Positions 45,624 to 54,710 of a DNA stretch of 64,000 nt are shown in pieces. A program made the position numbers and the translations under genes. The notes beneath the pieces are model-generated. The model was not told the origin of the DNA. It was given only the letters and a program-made list of their open reading frames with translations, and did not search any database. Source of the DNA: a virus (taxonomy: Duplodnaviria > Caudoviricetes); the IMG/VR virus record IMGVR_UViG_2933953506_000002, positions 32,001 through 96,000 of that record. One strand, given 5' to 3'. Position 1 is the stretch's first letter, and each line of letters starts with the position of its first letter.

Positions 45624-46913
45624 ATGCCCGACAACGCTCGCATCAAGGAACTGCAGAAGCAGCTCCAGGCCAAGAGCGCCGAGGCCGAGGAGATCAGCAA
45701 GTCCTTCAAGGTCGAGGACGGCGGGTTCGTCGTCTCCACCGAGCAGGCCACGAAGTTCCGTAGGATCTCCAGCGAGGCGCAGGAGATCAAGTCCCTCATC
45801 GACGCCGAGCAGGGCCTGATCGAGGTCAAGCAGTACCTCGACACCCCGGAGACCACGCCGGCCGCGGCCGCGCACTACGGCAAGACGCCGACCCTGGAGG
45901 AGAAGTCCCTCGGTGACCTGTTCATCGAGTCCGACTCCTTCAAGCGCGCCAGCGCCTCTGGGTTCGACGACCGCCCGTACATCCGCTCCGCGATGGAGGG
46001 GAAGTCGATCTTCTCCCTGTCCGCGGGCACCGTCACGCACCAGACCCTCGGCAGCGTCCAGAACCTGGGCATCGCCGAACGGCAGTTCCGCAAGTTCCAC
46101 ATCCGGGATCTGTTCCCGAAGTCCTCGACCAAGCAGGCCGTCCTCTACGGCGCCCGAGAGACCGGCTGGACCAACAACGCCCGCCAGGTGAAGGAGCGCT
46201 ACGCCGCCGACGGGACCAGTCCGGCGACCGGCGCGGACACCGACACCTGGGGCCGCGCACCGCGGTCCAAGCTGGCCCTTACGCCGGTGATGTACCCGGT
46301 TGCCGAGATCGCGCATTTGATCGATTCCCACAAGAACATCCTCACGGACGAACCGCGTCTGAAGACGTTCATCAATGGGCGCATGGTCGAGGGGGTCAAG
46401 TACCAGGAGGACTGGGACCTGCTCCACTCCGTCGGCGACGGCCAGTCCCTCACCGGCATCTACAACACGCCGGGCGTCCAGCAGTACACCGGCCTTGCGG
46501 CCGACAAGTACAGCGTCCAGATCCGGCGCGCCATCACCAAGGCGCTCCTGGCTGAGTACGAGCCGACCGGCATCGTCCTGTCGCCCACGATGTGGGAGCA
46601 CGTCGAGGTCGAAGAGGACGACAACGGCGCGTTCCGCGTCGCCGTCGCCGTCGCCATCGGCGCGGAGAAGAAAGTGTGGAGGCTGAACGTCGTCGAGACC
46701 ACGGCCATGGCAGACACGGACTTCCTGATCGGCGCCTTCGGGTTGGGCGCCCAGTTGCACGACAGGGAGAACGTCAGCGTCACCGTCTCCTCGGAGAACG
46801 CGGAGAACTTCGAGAAGGGGCTGATCACCTTCCGTGCGGACGAGCGCGTGGCCCTTGAGGTTCCGCGTCCCGAGTCGTTCGTCATCGGCACCTGGACGCA
46901 GCCCACCGGCTGA
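45624..46913 (+). CDS. major capsid protein (HK97 fold)
   Basis: N-terminal coiled-coil delta domain, EKSLG, IRDLFP, IAH.I, LL...GDG..L.GI, NFEKGLITFRADERVALEV.RP.SF. Confidence 0.92.
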   Translation: MPDNARIKELQKQLQAKSAEAEEISKSFKVEDGGFVVSTEQATKFRRISSEAQEIKSLIDAEQGLIEVKQYLDTPETTPAAAAHYGKTPTLEEKSLGDLFIESDSFKRASASGFDDRPYIRSAMEGKSIFSLSAGTVTHQTLGSVQNLGIAERQFRKFHIRDLFPKSSTKQAVLYGARETGWTNNARQVKERYAADGTSPATGADTDTWGRAPRSKLALTPVMYPVAEIAHLIDSHKNILTDEPRLKTFINGRMVEGVKYQEDWDLLHSVGDGQSLTGIYNTPGVQQYTGLAADKYSVQIRRAITKALLAEYEPTGIVLSPTMWEHVEVEEDDNGAFRVAVAVAIGAEKKVWRLNVVETTAMADTDFLIGAFGLGAQLHDRENVSVTVSSENAENFEKGLITFRADERVALEVPRPESFVIGTWTQPTG

Positions 46914-46996
46914 CCCGGACGCGGGTGAGGGGTGTGTCCCGCCGTAGGCGGGCGCGCCCCCTCCACGTACCACCACCACGACCACGGAGGACGCCG

Positions 46997-47272
46997 GTGA
47001 TCGAGATACAACCCCTTGGCCTCGCGGCAGAGTTGGACGCGCTTGCCAACGCCCCCGCCACCCACCGGGGCCCTCAGTGCAGCATCGGGGCGTTCCTGGC
47101 CGCCGCAGATGAGAAGGCAACGGCATCCCTGCGCGCGGCCCTGGACTCTGACCGTGTCACGGCGAAGTCCATCGCCGACACCCTCAGCCGGTACGGCGAC
47201 GCGGTCACCGCGTACACCGTCGCCCGGCACCGGCGCCGCGGGCAGTCCAACGGATGCCGGTGCGAGCGATGA
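46997..47272 (+). CDS. small Zn-binding phage protein
   Basis: GGAGG plus GTG; GPQCSIG...RHRR...CRC; ATGA-coupled to the next gene. Confidence 0.7.
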   Translation: MIEIQPLGLAAELDALANAPATHRGPQCSIGAFLAAADEKATASLRAALDSDRVTAKSIADTLSRYGDAVTAYTVARHRRRGQSNGCRCER

Positions 47273-48516
47273 GCCTGGACAGCGACCTGCAGGCGCTCCT
47301 CGAACCGGCCTCCCCCGAGCAGAGCCACCCCGCGCAGGCACAGCGCACGCTGCCGGCCGCCCCCCGCGGCTGGGAGGCAGGAGTCCGGTTCGAGCCCGGC
47401 GGCACGATGGTCGTCACGGCCCCGCCCACTGAGGCGAAGCCCGGCGGCGAAGCTGACTGGCGCGAGCGCGTCGAGGAGATGGGACTTGCCGTCCCCGACG
47501 GGTTCCGCGTCCGCCTCGTGGAGGCCAAGCACGACCCAGCCGCCTGGCACCGCGACAACCAGGGCGACGACGCCGTCACCCGGGCCGTGTGGCGCTGCCG
47601 GTACGTCATCGAACCGGCCGCTCTCGCCTGGCAGTCCACCGGTGACGTCGACGCCCTCGTGCGCGATGCGATGCGCCGCCGCCGCAAGGCCCGACCAACG
47701 GTCGACACCGCGGAGCGCGCCCTGGTCGTGGTCTACGCCGACGCCCAGGCCGGAAAGGTCGGGAGGGACGGCGGAACCCCCGAGTTGATCGCGCGCGTCG
47801 CCGACCGCTTCGACAAGCTCGACGACCACGTACGCGACCTCAAGGCCATTGGTCGCGGCCCCACCGCGGCGTACTGGATGGACGCCGGAGACTGCGTCGA
47901 GAACTACGAGAACACCGCCCAGCAGGCGTACACCAACGACCTGACCATGACGGAGATGATCCGCGTCCACCGTCGGATCACCTTCGAGGGCCTGGACCGC
48001 CTAGCCGGACGCTTCGGCCGCGTCGTCGCCGCGACGTGCGGCTCGAATCACGGCCGAGTGCGACGCGGCCGTGAGGCTGTCGGACCGCCCAGCGACGATT
48101 GGGGCCTTGAAGTCCTGTCGCAGATCGCCGACGCGTACGCCCGCAACCAGGACGCCTACGGGCACGTCAGCTTCGTCATGCCGGAACGGTGGCGGGAGTC
48201 GGTGTCGCTGGACGTTGCCGGCACCATCGTGGGCCTGTCGCACGGGCACCAATACCCGCGGCCGGATAAGGCCGTGGACTGGTGGCGCGGACAGACCTTC
48301 GGGCGGCAGCCGATCGCCGACGCGGACGTGTTGATCACCGGCCACTTCCACCACTTCCGCGCCCAGCAGGTCGGCAACGGCCGACTGTGGATTCAAGCCC
48401 CCACCCTCGACAACGGGTCCGATTGGTACACCGCGCGCAGTGGAGAGGTGTCCGCGTCCGGCCTCCTCGTGTTCAGCATCGGTCCCGACGGCTGGGACGA
48501 CCTTCGGCTCCTGTGA
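47269..48516 (+). CDS. metallophosphoesterase (calcineurin-like/Mre11-like)
   Basis: ADAQAG, GDCVE, GSNHG, SHGH, GHFHH motifs. Confidence 0.8.
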   Translation: MSLDSDLQALLEPASPEQSHPAQAQRTLPAAPRGWEAGVRFEPGGTMVVTAPPTEAKPGGEADWRERVEEMGLAVPDGFRVRLVEAKHDPAAWHRDNQGDDAVTRAVWRCRYVIEPAALAWQSTGDVDALVRDAMRRRRKARPTVDTAERALVVVYADAQAGKVGRDGGTPELIARVADRFDKLDDHVRDLKAIGRGPTAAYWMDAGDCVENYENTAQQAYTNDLTMTEMIRVHRRITFEGLDRLAGRFGRVVAATCGSNHGRVRRGREAVGPPSDDWGLEVLSQIADAYARNQDAYGHVSFVMPERWRESVSLDVAGTIVGLSHGHQYPRPDKAVDWWRGQTFGRQPIADADVLITGHFHHFRAQQVGNGRLWIQAPTLDNGSDWYTARSGEVSASGLLVFSIGPDGWDDLRLL

Positions 48517-48522
48517 GGGGCA

Positions 48523-48551
48523 CCAAGATCGTTCTTGCGTAATTGTGCAAG
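48523..48551. promoter_or_regulatory. 29-bp operator, copy 3 (inverted)
   Basis: CCAAGATCGTT-CTTGCGTAATTGTGCAAG. Confidence 0.75.
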
Positions 48552-48631
48552 CCCACCCAGGGCGCGACCGTAGCTTTCTCTGTCCCCCATCCTTCCGCGG
48601 CCACCACACCGGAAGCAGCGGAAGGAAACCC

Positions 48632-49096
48632 ATGGGGCTCTACCGAGAGAACGGGCAGCGGATCACGAAGGCGGCGTTCCCGGCCGCCGCGCTCACCGAC
48701 CCGCCCAAGCGCATCACCGAGAACGTCTACCAGACCGAGCCGTACGGCCGCGGCGACGGCCGCCCCGAAGGCTCCCGCCGTCACCTGCTCTACGAGGCCG
48801 GGGACATCGTCCCTCAGTCGGTGATCGACCGGCTGTTCACCACGGCGACGATCGACACCGTCACGCCGGCCACCGGCCCGGCCGCGGGCGGCACCACCGT
48901 CACCATTACCGGCAGCGCCCTCGACGGCGTCTCCGCGGTGAACTTCGGCGCGACCGCCGGGACCGAACTCAAGGTCGTCTCCGCGACCGAGCTGCGCGTC
49001 AAGACGCCCGCAGGCGCGTCCGGGGCGGCGAACGTCGTCCTCGTCGACGACGCCGGCAACGTCACCAAGACCAACGGCTTCACCTACACCGCCTGA
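48632..49096 (+). CDS. IPT/TIG (Ig-like) domain protein, possible capsid decoration
   Basis: IDTVTPATGPAAGGTTVTITGS...V.FG...L.V.TP...FTY; AAGGA RBS. Confidence 0.82.
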   Translation: MGLYRENGQRITKAAFPAAALTDPPKRITENVYQTEPYGRGDGRPEGSRRHLLYEAGDIVPQSVIDRLFTTATIDTVTPATGPAAGGTTVTITGSALDGVSAVNFGATAGTELKVVSATELRVKTPAGASGAANVVLVDDAGNVTKTNGFTYTA

Positions 49097-49105
49097 TCCC
49101 GGGCG

Positions 49106-49143
49106 CCGGGCGTCCCCTGTGCCCTGTCTGTGGGGACGCCCGG
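49106..49143 (+). terminator. 12-bp hairpin after the IPT gene
   Basis: CCGGGCGTCCCC...GGGGACGCCCGG. Confidence 0.6.
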
Positions 49144-49251
49144 TACCGCTGTGCGTCCGCGCTGCCCACCGCAGCGACAGGGCGCGACACAAGCGCCGCC
49201 CGGTGTGCAGGGTGCGCGCCGACCGGACCACCACCCGAGAGGGAGCCACCC

Positions 49252-49788
49252 ATGGCAGGCAACACCACCCGCACCCGTAAGACCACCGCGGCGAAGCCCA
49301 CGGAGGCCGGCGACACCCCCGTCGCCGAGACCGAGCAGACCACCGCCGATCCCTCGGGCGATCTGGCCACCGAGGAATCCAACTCCTCGGCGGGCGCCGA
49401 GGAGTCCCCCGCGGCCGAGACCAGCCCGAAGGCGCCCGACGTGGCCCCGCTGGAGCCTCCGGCCGTTCACGAGGCCCCCGAGCCCCCGGCGGAGCCCGGC
49501 TACGTCTCCCCGACCGAGGTCATCCCCGACGACATCGCCGAGGTCATCCTCGACGACGCCACCAAGGAACCCCCGGCCGACATCGACGCCGTGTTCCAGC
49601 CCGTCACCCCGTACGGCTCCACCCTCCGCTGCACCGTCCGACTGGTCGAGCGGACCTACGTGGGCCCGCACCGCAACCCGATCGAGCGGCTGCTGCAGCC
49701 CAAGGGCGCCCACGTCTCCGAGAGCATCGCCGCCCGCATCCGCGAGCGCCTGGTCGCGCAGGCCGACGCCACCAGCACCGAGAAGTAG
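49252..49788 (+). CDS. phage hypothetical protein (acidic N-terminal half)
   Basis: GAGGGAG RBS; high GC3; promoter motif at 49184. Confidence 0.7.
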   Translation: MAGNTTRTRKTTAAKPTEAGDTPVAETEQTTADPSGDLATEESNSSAGAEESPAAETSPKAPDVAPLEPPAVHEAPEPPAEPGYVSPTEVIPDDIAEVILDDATKEPPADIDAVFQPVTPYGSTLRCTVRLVERTYVGPHRNPIERLLQPKGAHVSESIAARIRERLVAQADATSTEK

Positions 49789-49799
49789 GGGAGGCCGGG

Positions 49800-50663
49800 G
49801 TGTCGGTCATCGACTACGAACCCATGTACGGCGGGGCGCACTACGACCCCGAACCGGCCGGAGGGCAGGTCACGAGCCTCGTCCTCTACGACGGCCCGGA
49901 ACGCACCACCGAAGTTGCCGCGGCAGGGCCGGGCACTCGACTGCGTCCCGGGACGTACCGGTTCGCGCTGCCCGACGTGCTACCCGGCCGGTACTGGGCG
50001 ACCGTCACTTTCACCCCGAGCAACGGCGCCCAGCCCGTCAAGGACCAGTCCGTACGGCTGGACCTCCCCCTCGGGCTGGGGCTCGCCACCTCCCCGGAAG
50101 CCGTCGCCGACGACCTCGGCGTTCCGCTCCCGCTCACCCCCTCCCAGCGCGACTCCCTCACGACCGCGATCCGCCGGGCGCAAGCCGACGTCGAGGGCTA
50201 CCTCGGCCGCTCCCTCATTCCGCGCGTCGTCACCCGCACCGCGGTCACGCCCTACTGGCGCCCCGGTGAGGACCTGACCGACCCCGAGGCGTGGCCGTTC
50301 GACATCGACGACGACTGGCAGGTGTCCGCCTACCGCGACCGCGGGGACGGCGCGTACGACGTCGACCTCCTCGTGGGCCTGGACGGCGCCGCCGAAGACC
50401 CGGTCGTCCGCTACGTCACCGCCCACGCCGCGGAGTCCGAACGCAACCGGCCCGGCGGCGTCGGCGCCCAGGGCCGCCGCGTCTCCTCCGTGAGTGCTGA
50501 AGGACAGTCGATCTCGTACGACTCAGCGCCCACGACCGGTCAGGCCGGCGCCCTGCCGACCATCGACACCCTGTCCCGGTTGAAGCGCCGCCTGTGGCAG
50601 TCGCTCGCCACCCCGCCGCGCCCGCCGTGGCCGTACTCCTCCACCCGCTACCGCCGCCGCTGA
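49800..50663 (+). CDS. head-to-tail adaptor-like protein
   Basis: position; AQADVEGYLGR and SVSAEGQSISY motifs. Confidence 0.65.
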   Translation: MSVIDYEPMYGGAHYDPEPAGGQVTSLVLYDGPERTTEVAAAGPGTRLRPGTYRFALPDVLPGRYWATVTFTPSNGAQPVKDQSVRLDLPLGLGLATSPEAVADDLGVPLPLTPSQRDSLTTAIRRAQADVEGYLGRSLIPRVVTRTAVTPYWRPGEDLTDPEAWPFDIDDDWQVSAYRDRGDGAYDVDLLVGLDGAAEDPVVRYVTAHAAESERNRPGGVGAQGRRVSSVSAEGQSISYDSAPTTGQAGALPTIDTLSRLKRRLWQSLATPPRPPWPYSSTRYRRR

Positions 50664-50679
50664 ACAGGAGCTGCCCCGC

Positions 50680-51012
50680 ATGGCCGTCGTGCTGCCGAAT
50701 GCCACGCTGACGGTGCGCGCGCTCGCCCACCCCTGGGAGCGCGACGCCAACGGCGTGCCCGTACCGCCGAACCCAAATCAGAAGCCGGCCCCGCGCGGCA
50801 CCTGGCCCGGGTCGGTCCTCGAGCAGACCGACGGCTCATGGTCGGTACGCCTCGACCCGCAGGCATGGCCGGTCAAGGAGGGCGACACCATCGAGGACGA
50901 GACCGGCAGGTCCTGGACCCTGACCAGCGCCCGCAACCACACCGTGCCCAGATACTCCGACGCCGACTATGTCCAGGCAACTGCCACCCTCAACCCGCCG
51001 GAGATCCCCTGA
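50680..51012 (+). CDS. head closure (stopper)-like protein
   Basis: position and size; RDANG.P...GD.I.D..GR.W. Confidence 0.55.
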   Translation: MAVVLPNATLTVRALAHPWERDANGVPVPPNPNQKPAPRGTWPGSVLEQTDGSWSVRLDPQAWPVKEGDTIEDETGRSWTLTSARNHTVPRYSDADYVQATATLNPPEIP

Positions 51013-51542
51013 TGGCGAAGTTCACGGCCGCCCCCGGGCTCGAGGAGGCGCTCGCCCGGATGGTGGCGCCCCACGTCCAACGGATCGCTCAGCAGGTGGA
51101 GATCGAGGCCAAGCGGCTCGCCCCGCCGGTCAAGCGCTGGATCACCGTCGGCGACGACAAGGTGCGCCCGACCCACGTCGCCGCCCAGGGCCAAGAGGTC
51201 CCGGGCAACCTGCGATTCGCCATCAACTCCATGGACTGGGACCGCCGGCACCGCGGCCTCGGCGACAAGACGTACATGCGAGAGCCCAAGGACCAGTCCT
51301 CCCGCGCCGTCGCCAACATCAAGAACTGCCGGTGCACAACCCACAGCGACCCGGACGGCATCGCAAGGAACATCAACACCGGCCCGCCCGTCGTCTCCGG
51401 GAAGAAGGTCACCGTGACCGTCACCGCCCGCGGCCACCTGGTCGTCGAGGCCGAAGTCGGCACGGTCTACCCCGGCAACCTCGTCGCCGACGGCGCGCAC
51501 TTCATGTCCCGTGGCGCTGCCATCGTCGCCAGCCGCCGCTAG
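51012..51542 (+). CDS. neck (HK97 gp10-like) protein carrying a MuF-like insert
   Basis: AKRLAP...EVGT...FM framing KRWITVGDDKVRPTH...NCRC; TGATG coupling. Confidence 0.6.
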   Translation: MAKFTAAPGLEEALARMVAPHVQRIAQQVEIEAKRLAPPVKRWITVGDDKVRPTHVAAQGQEVPGNLRFAINSMDWDRRHRGLGDKTYMREPKDQSSRAVANIKNCRCTTHSDPDGIARNINTGPPVVSGKKVTVTVTARGHLVVEAEVGTVYPGNLVADGAHFMSRGAAIVASRR

Positions 51543-52357
51543 GCTCCGATGTCCTCCAGCTCAACGGTCACCCGGCTCACGGTCACAAGGGCGCGAAGTA
51601 CTTCCCGCGCGGAATTGATGCCGCTGTCGAGGAGACGCAATGATGCGGGGTTTCCGTCTCTTCGGTTACGCAACTCCTGAACGTGATGCTCCACCATGCT
51701 GATGGAAGGAGTCTTTTCGAGGACCTGTACCGCCTTCCGCATATCCGAATACCGGGGATTAGGCAGCCACCGCAAGTCCAGCTCTTCGAGACGAGGTCGA
51801 ACATCTTCGTCGAGAGACCGCCAGCTCAAGATGATCTCGTTGAACCACTCCGAGTCACGGTAGGAAGGATTGGCGGGGAAGAGTGCAGTCAGGGCGTTGT
51901 CTCGCGCAGCTGCAGTCTCGCGTAGAACCTCGTATCTTTCGCTGTCCGATCTCTGACGGTAGCGCTGTAGAGCCATCCTGGCCTGGTCGTTCGCATCGGA
52001 TGCTCTCTCAAAAGCTGAGGGAAGGTTCGCCCGTACGTCTTCTGCGACGCGCAGGTTCAAGGCGTCACGCACGCGTGCAGCGCCCTTCTTGGCCCGTCGC
52101 CTGATCGACAGCCGCGCTTGGGTCTCGGCCTGATGAGTGTTCAGCCATCCCAACACGACAAGAGCTGTCGGGATTCCGAAGAGCACACTCGTCATGCTTG
52201 ACAGCAAGTTAGTCAGGAAGCCGAAGTTGTCCCACCAGCCGACAGTGTCGCCGTAAACCCCAAAAGCTGTCATCGTGACGCCCAGCGGTAGACAAATATA
52301 GGTCGCCCACTTTGCCGATGGCGCAGTCTCAGACCAGAAACCGGTCACGCGATTCAT
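51539..52357 (-). CDS. antisense moron: 2-TM membrane protein with soluble helical domain
   Basis: GGGAGGG RBS plus ATG 52357; low GC3; interrupts the head-tail operon on the opposite strand. Confidence 0.7.
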   Translation of the reverse strand: MNRVTGFWSETAPSAKWATYICLPLGVTMTAFGVYGDTVGWWDNFGFLTNLLSSMTSVLFGIPTALVVLGWLNTHQAETQARLSIRRRAKKGAARVRDALNLRVAEDVRANLPSAFERASDANDQARMALQRYRQRSDSERYEVLRETAAARDNALTALFPANPSYRDSEWFNEIILSWRSLDEDVRPRLEELDLRWLPNPRYSDMRKAVQVLEKTPSISMVEHHVQELRNRRDGNPASLRLLDSGINSAREVLRALVTVSRVTVELEDIGA

Positions 52358-52420
52358 GTGTTCCCTCCCCTTAGGTCTAGGAGGCGACGCTAGCGGGCCG
52401 TTGCCTCCACAGTGCGCGCT

Positions 52421-52693
52421 ATGGCTACGAACACCACCACCAAGCGGACCGCCGCCGAGACCGAAGAATCCGTCGCGGCCACCACCGAAAGCACTGGGGC
52501 CCGCCCCGAGCACACTGCAAGCCGCGCCCCGGTCGTCGGCCCGCCCCTCGGCGAGGGCCAGGAGCCGGTGACCGTCACCCTGTCGCATCACCTGCGCATC
52601 GACGGCACCGACTACACGCCCGGCGCCGAGATCATCGTCTCCCCGGACTACGCCCGCCGTCTCCGCGGTCAGGGCTTCACCGCTCGCACCTGA
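52421..52693 (+). CDS. small phage protein (leaderless)
   Basis: GCGAC at 52384, CACAGT at +24, ATG at +37; VTLSHH..IDG.DY.PG..I.V....A..L...G. Confidence 0.7.
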   Translation: MATNTTTKRTAAETEESVAATTESTGARPEHTASRAPVVGPPLGEGQEPVTVTLSHHLRIDGTDYTPGAEIIVSPDYARRLRGQGFTART

Positions 52694-53118
52694 TGACCGA
52701 GCTGACCCTCGCGGACGCCGACCCGGTATCCGCTCTCCTGGCCTGGCTCCAGCAGAGCGCCGAGGCCGCCGATGCCCTCGGCGGCCCCGGACGAGTATCC
52801 GGCATCGCCGAAGCGCCGTGGCCGCACCTGGTCATCGGCCACGGCCCCGGCGGCGACCTCCGCGACTTCCGATGGGCCACCGCTCCGGAGGTGACTCTCG
52901 AGGTCCACGGAGACCCGGGCGGCTGGCCGGGCAAGGCCGAACTCCGGCGCATCCTCGTCGGCTGCGCGCAGGCCGCCCAGAGCATCGTCGAGGCCCCACA
53001 CACGCCCGGCCAGCCGGTCATCAACGGCGTGAAACCCTCCGGCCTCCTCCTCTGGTCACCACTCGTCGACGGCCAACCCCGATGGCTGCTGAACCTCTCC
53101 GTGACCCTCCACCCCTGA
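52693..53118 (+). CDS. tail terminator-like protein
   Basis: position before tail tube; TGATG coupling. Confidence 0.6.
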   Translation: MTELTLADADPVSALLAWLQQSAEAADALGGPGRVSGIAEAPWPHLVIGHGPGGDLRDFRWATAPEVTLEVHGDPGGWPGKAELRRILVGCAQAAQSIVEAPHTPGQPVINGVKPSGLLLWSPLVDGQPRWLLNLSVTLHP

Positions 53119-53191
53119 CGACGCGACGCTAACCACCTCGGCTCTCCAAGGTGGCCCGGCCTTACCACCGGACCCCCTTGGAGAGCACGTC

Positions 53192-53779
53192 ATGGCAGGC
53201 GAAGCCAACAGCAACCAGATCGTCATCCCCGCAGTCACTCGGATCTACCTGGGACCTGTCGGGTCCACGGCGCCGGCCGACGCCACGTCGGCGATGCCCG
53301 AAGCCCTCCGAAATTGCGGCCTTTCCACCGAGGACAGCCTGAAGTTCAACACCGAGCCCAACTTCGAGCAAGTCAGAAGTGCCCAGTCCTCCTACCCGAC
53401 CCGGACCTTCCAGACCACGGACGCGGCGACGATCGAAATCGACCTGCAGCAGTGGTCCGGCGAGAACTTCAAGGCCGTGTACGGCGGCGGCGAGATCAGC
53501 GAGATCACCGTGGCCGGCCAGACCAGTGTCAAGCACTACAAGTTCTCCCCGCCGAAGATCGGCGGCCGTACCGAGGTGATGGCCGTCGTCGAGGTCATCG
53601 ACGGCGGCAAGCACTACCGGTTCGTCTTTCCGCGCTGCATGCAGATGGAAGGCGTCTCCGGCGACCTCGCCAAGACCAAGGAAGCCGTCCTTCCTCTGCG
53701 CCTCGCCGTCCAGGGCGGCGACGACCTCGACGCCTGGTATGTCATCACCGACGACCCGGCGTTCGACCTGACGGCGTGA
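53192..53779 (+). CDS. major tail (tube) protein
   Basis: IYLGPVGSTAP, GLSTEDSL.F..EP, VRSAQS.YP.R; upstream of chaperone and TMP. Confidence 0.85.
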   Translation: MAGEANSNQIVIPAVTRIYLGPVGSTAPADATSAMPEALRNCGLSTEDSLKFNTEPNFEQVRSAQSSYPTRTFQTTDAATIEIDLQQWSGENFKAVYGGGEISEITVAGQTSVKHYKFSPPKIGGRTEVMAVVEVIDGGKHYRFVFPRCMQMEGVSGDLAKTKEAVLPLRLAVQGGDDLDAWYVITDDPAFDLTA

Positions 53780-53880
53780 CCTCTCTCGGCAGCGCGCGAC
53801 ACAAGCCCTGACGGCTTGCCACTGTCCGCGCGCTGCCGCACCCCCGCGACTCAGCTACGCAGACACGAGAGGTCACGCAC

Positions 53881-54405
53881 ATGTCGTACGTCATCGACCT
53901 GGACGCGGAACGCCGTGAGGTCCAGTACCCCGACGGCATCCCGGTCAAGTTCGGCGGAGAGCAGTTCATCTTCCCCGCGGAACTGCCGGCCGAAGCCCTC
54001 GACCCGATCCTCTCGGACGAGTTGGACCTGGTCGGGCTCCTCGGCGACGTCATCGACTCCGCCGAAGGTGACGCGGGAATCACCGAGGTCGTCACCGCCC
54101 TGTTCCGCCGCCCGTCCCTGCCGCGGAAGTTCCTCGCCGCGATCCGGGAGACGTACGCCGTCCTCCTCCGCGACCAGCATGAGGACTTCCTCAAGCAGCG
54201 CCCGTACATCGGCGACTACGTCCGTCTGACGACCGCTCTGACCCGCGTCTACGGGGTGGAGCTGGGGAAACTCTTTCGGTCGGCCGACTCCTCCGCGAAC
54301 GATTCGCAGACGTCGAAGCCGACCTCTCCCGATACCACCGGATCGACGCCCGACGCGTCTGGCTCCGACCAGGACAGCCCGGATTCCTCGGAGTCCGACG
54401 GCTGA
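53881..54405 (+). CDS. tail assembly chaperone (short form)
   Basis: between tail tube and TMP; ELGK at slippery site GGGGAAA 54264-54270. Confidence 0.8.
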   Translation: MSYVIDLDAERREVQYPDGIPVKFGGEQFIFPAELPAEALDPILSDELDLVGLLGDVIDSAEGDAGITEVVTALFRRPSLPRKFLAAIRETYAVLLRDQHEDFLKQRPYIGDYVRLTTALTRVYGVELGKLFRSADSSANDSQTSKPTSPDTTGSTPDASGSDQDSPDSSESDG

Positions 54406-54710
54406 TCTCCCTCGTCGACGGACTGCCAGACGACTCCCAGGTCCGCTCCGCCCCTGCTGGGGGCTGGACCAAGGTCCTGGAACTCCTGGCCCTGATCGTC
54501 GACGAAGTCGGGCTCCTGGCCGCAGACAAGCGGCGTGAGGAGCCGACCCACGTCATCCGCCCGCCCCGCTCCAGCAGCGCAGGGCGCCAGCGCGGCGGTT
54601 CCGCACCGCCGCCAGCGCAGCCCCCACCGGAGCAGCAGGCGCCCCGCATGACCGGCCACCGGCAAATGCTCATGGCCGCCATGCAGAGAGGAATGATCCG
54701 CAGTGGCTGA
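54264..54710 (+). CDS. tail assembly chaperone -1 frameshift extension (absent from ORF track)
   Basis: -1 frame open from slippery site to TGA 54708-54710: VEADLSRYHRID...W...RRL..LVDGLPDDS. Confidence 0.75.
   Translation, partial: GETLSVGRLLRERFADVEADLSRYHRIDARRVWLRPGQPGFLGVRRLISLVDGLPDDSQVRSAPAGGWTKVLELLALIVDEVGLLAADKRREEPTHVIRPPRSSSAGRQRGGSAPPPAQPPPEQQAPRMTGHRQMLMAAMQRGMIRSG

Noticed and set aside
25081-48551. 29-bp repeats as a CRISPR array or attachment sites
   Set aside because: Copies are kilobases apart, one is inverted, there are no spacers or cas genes, and they lie internal to the structural module
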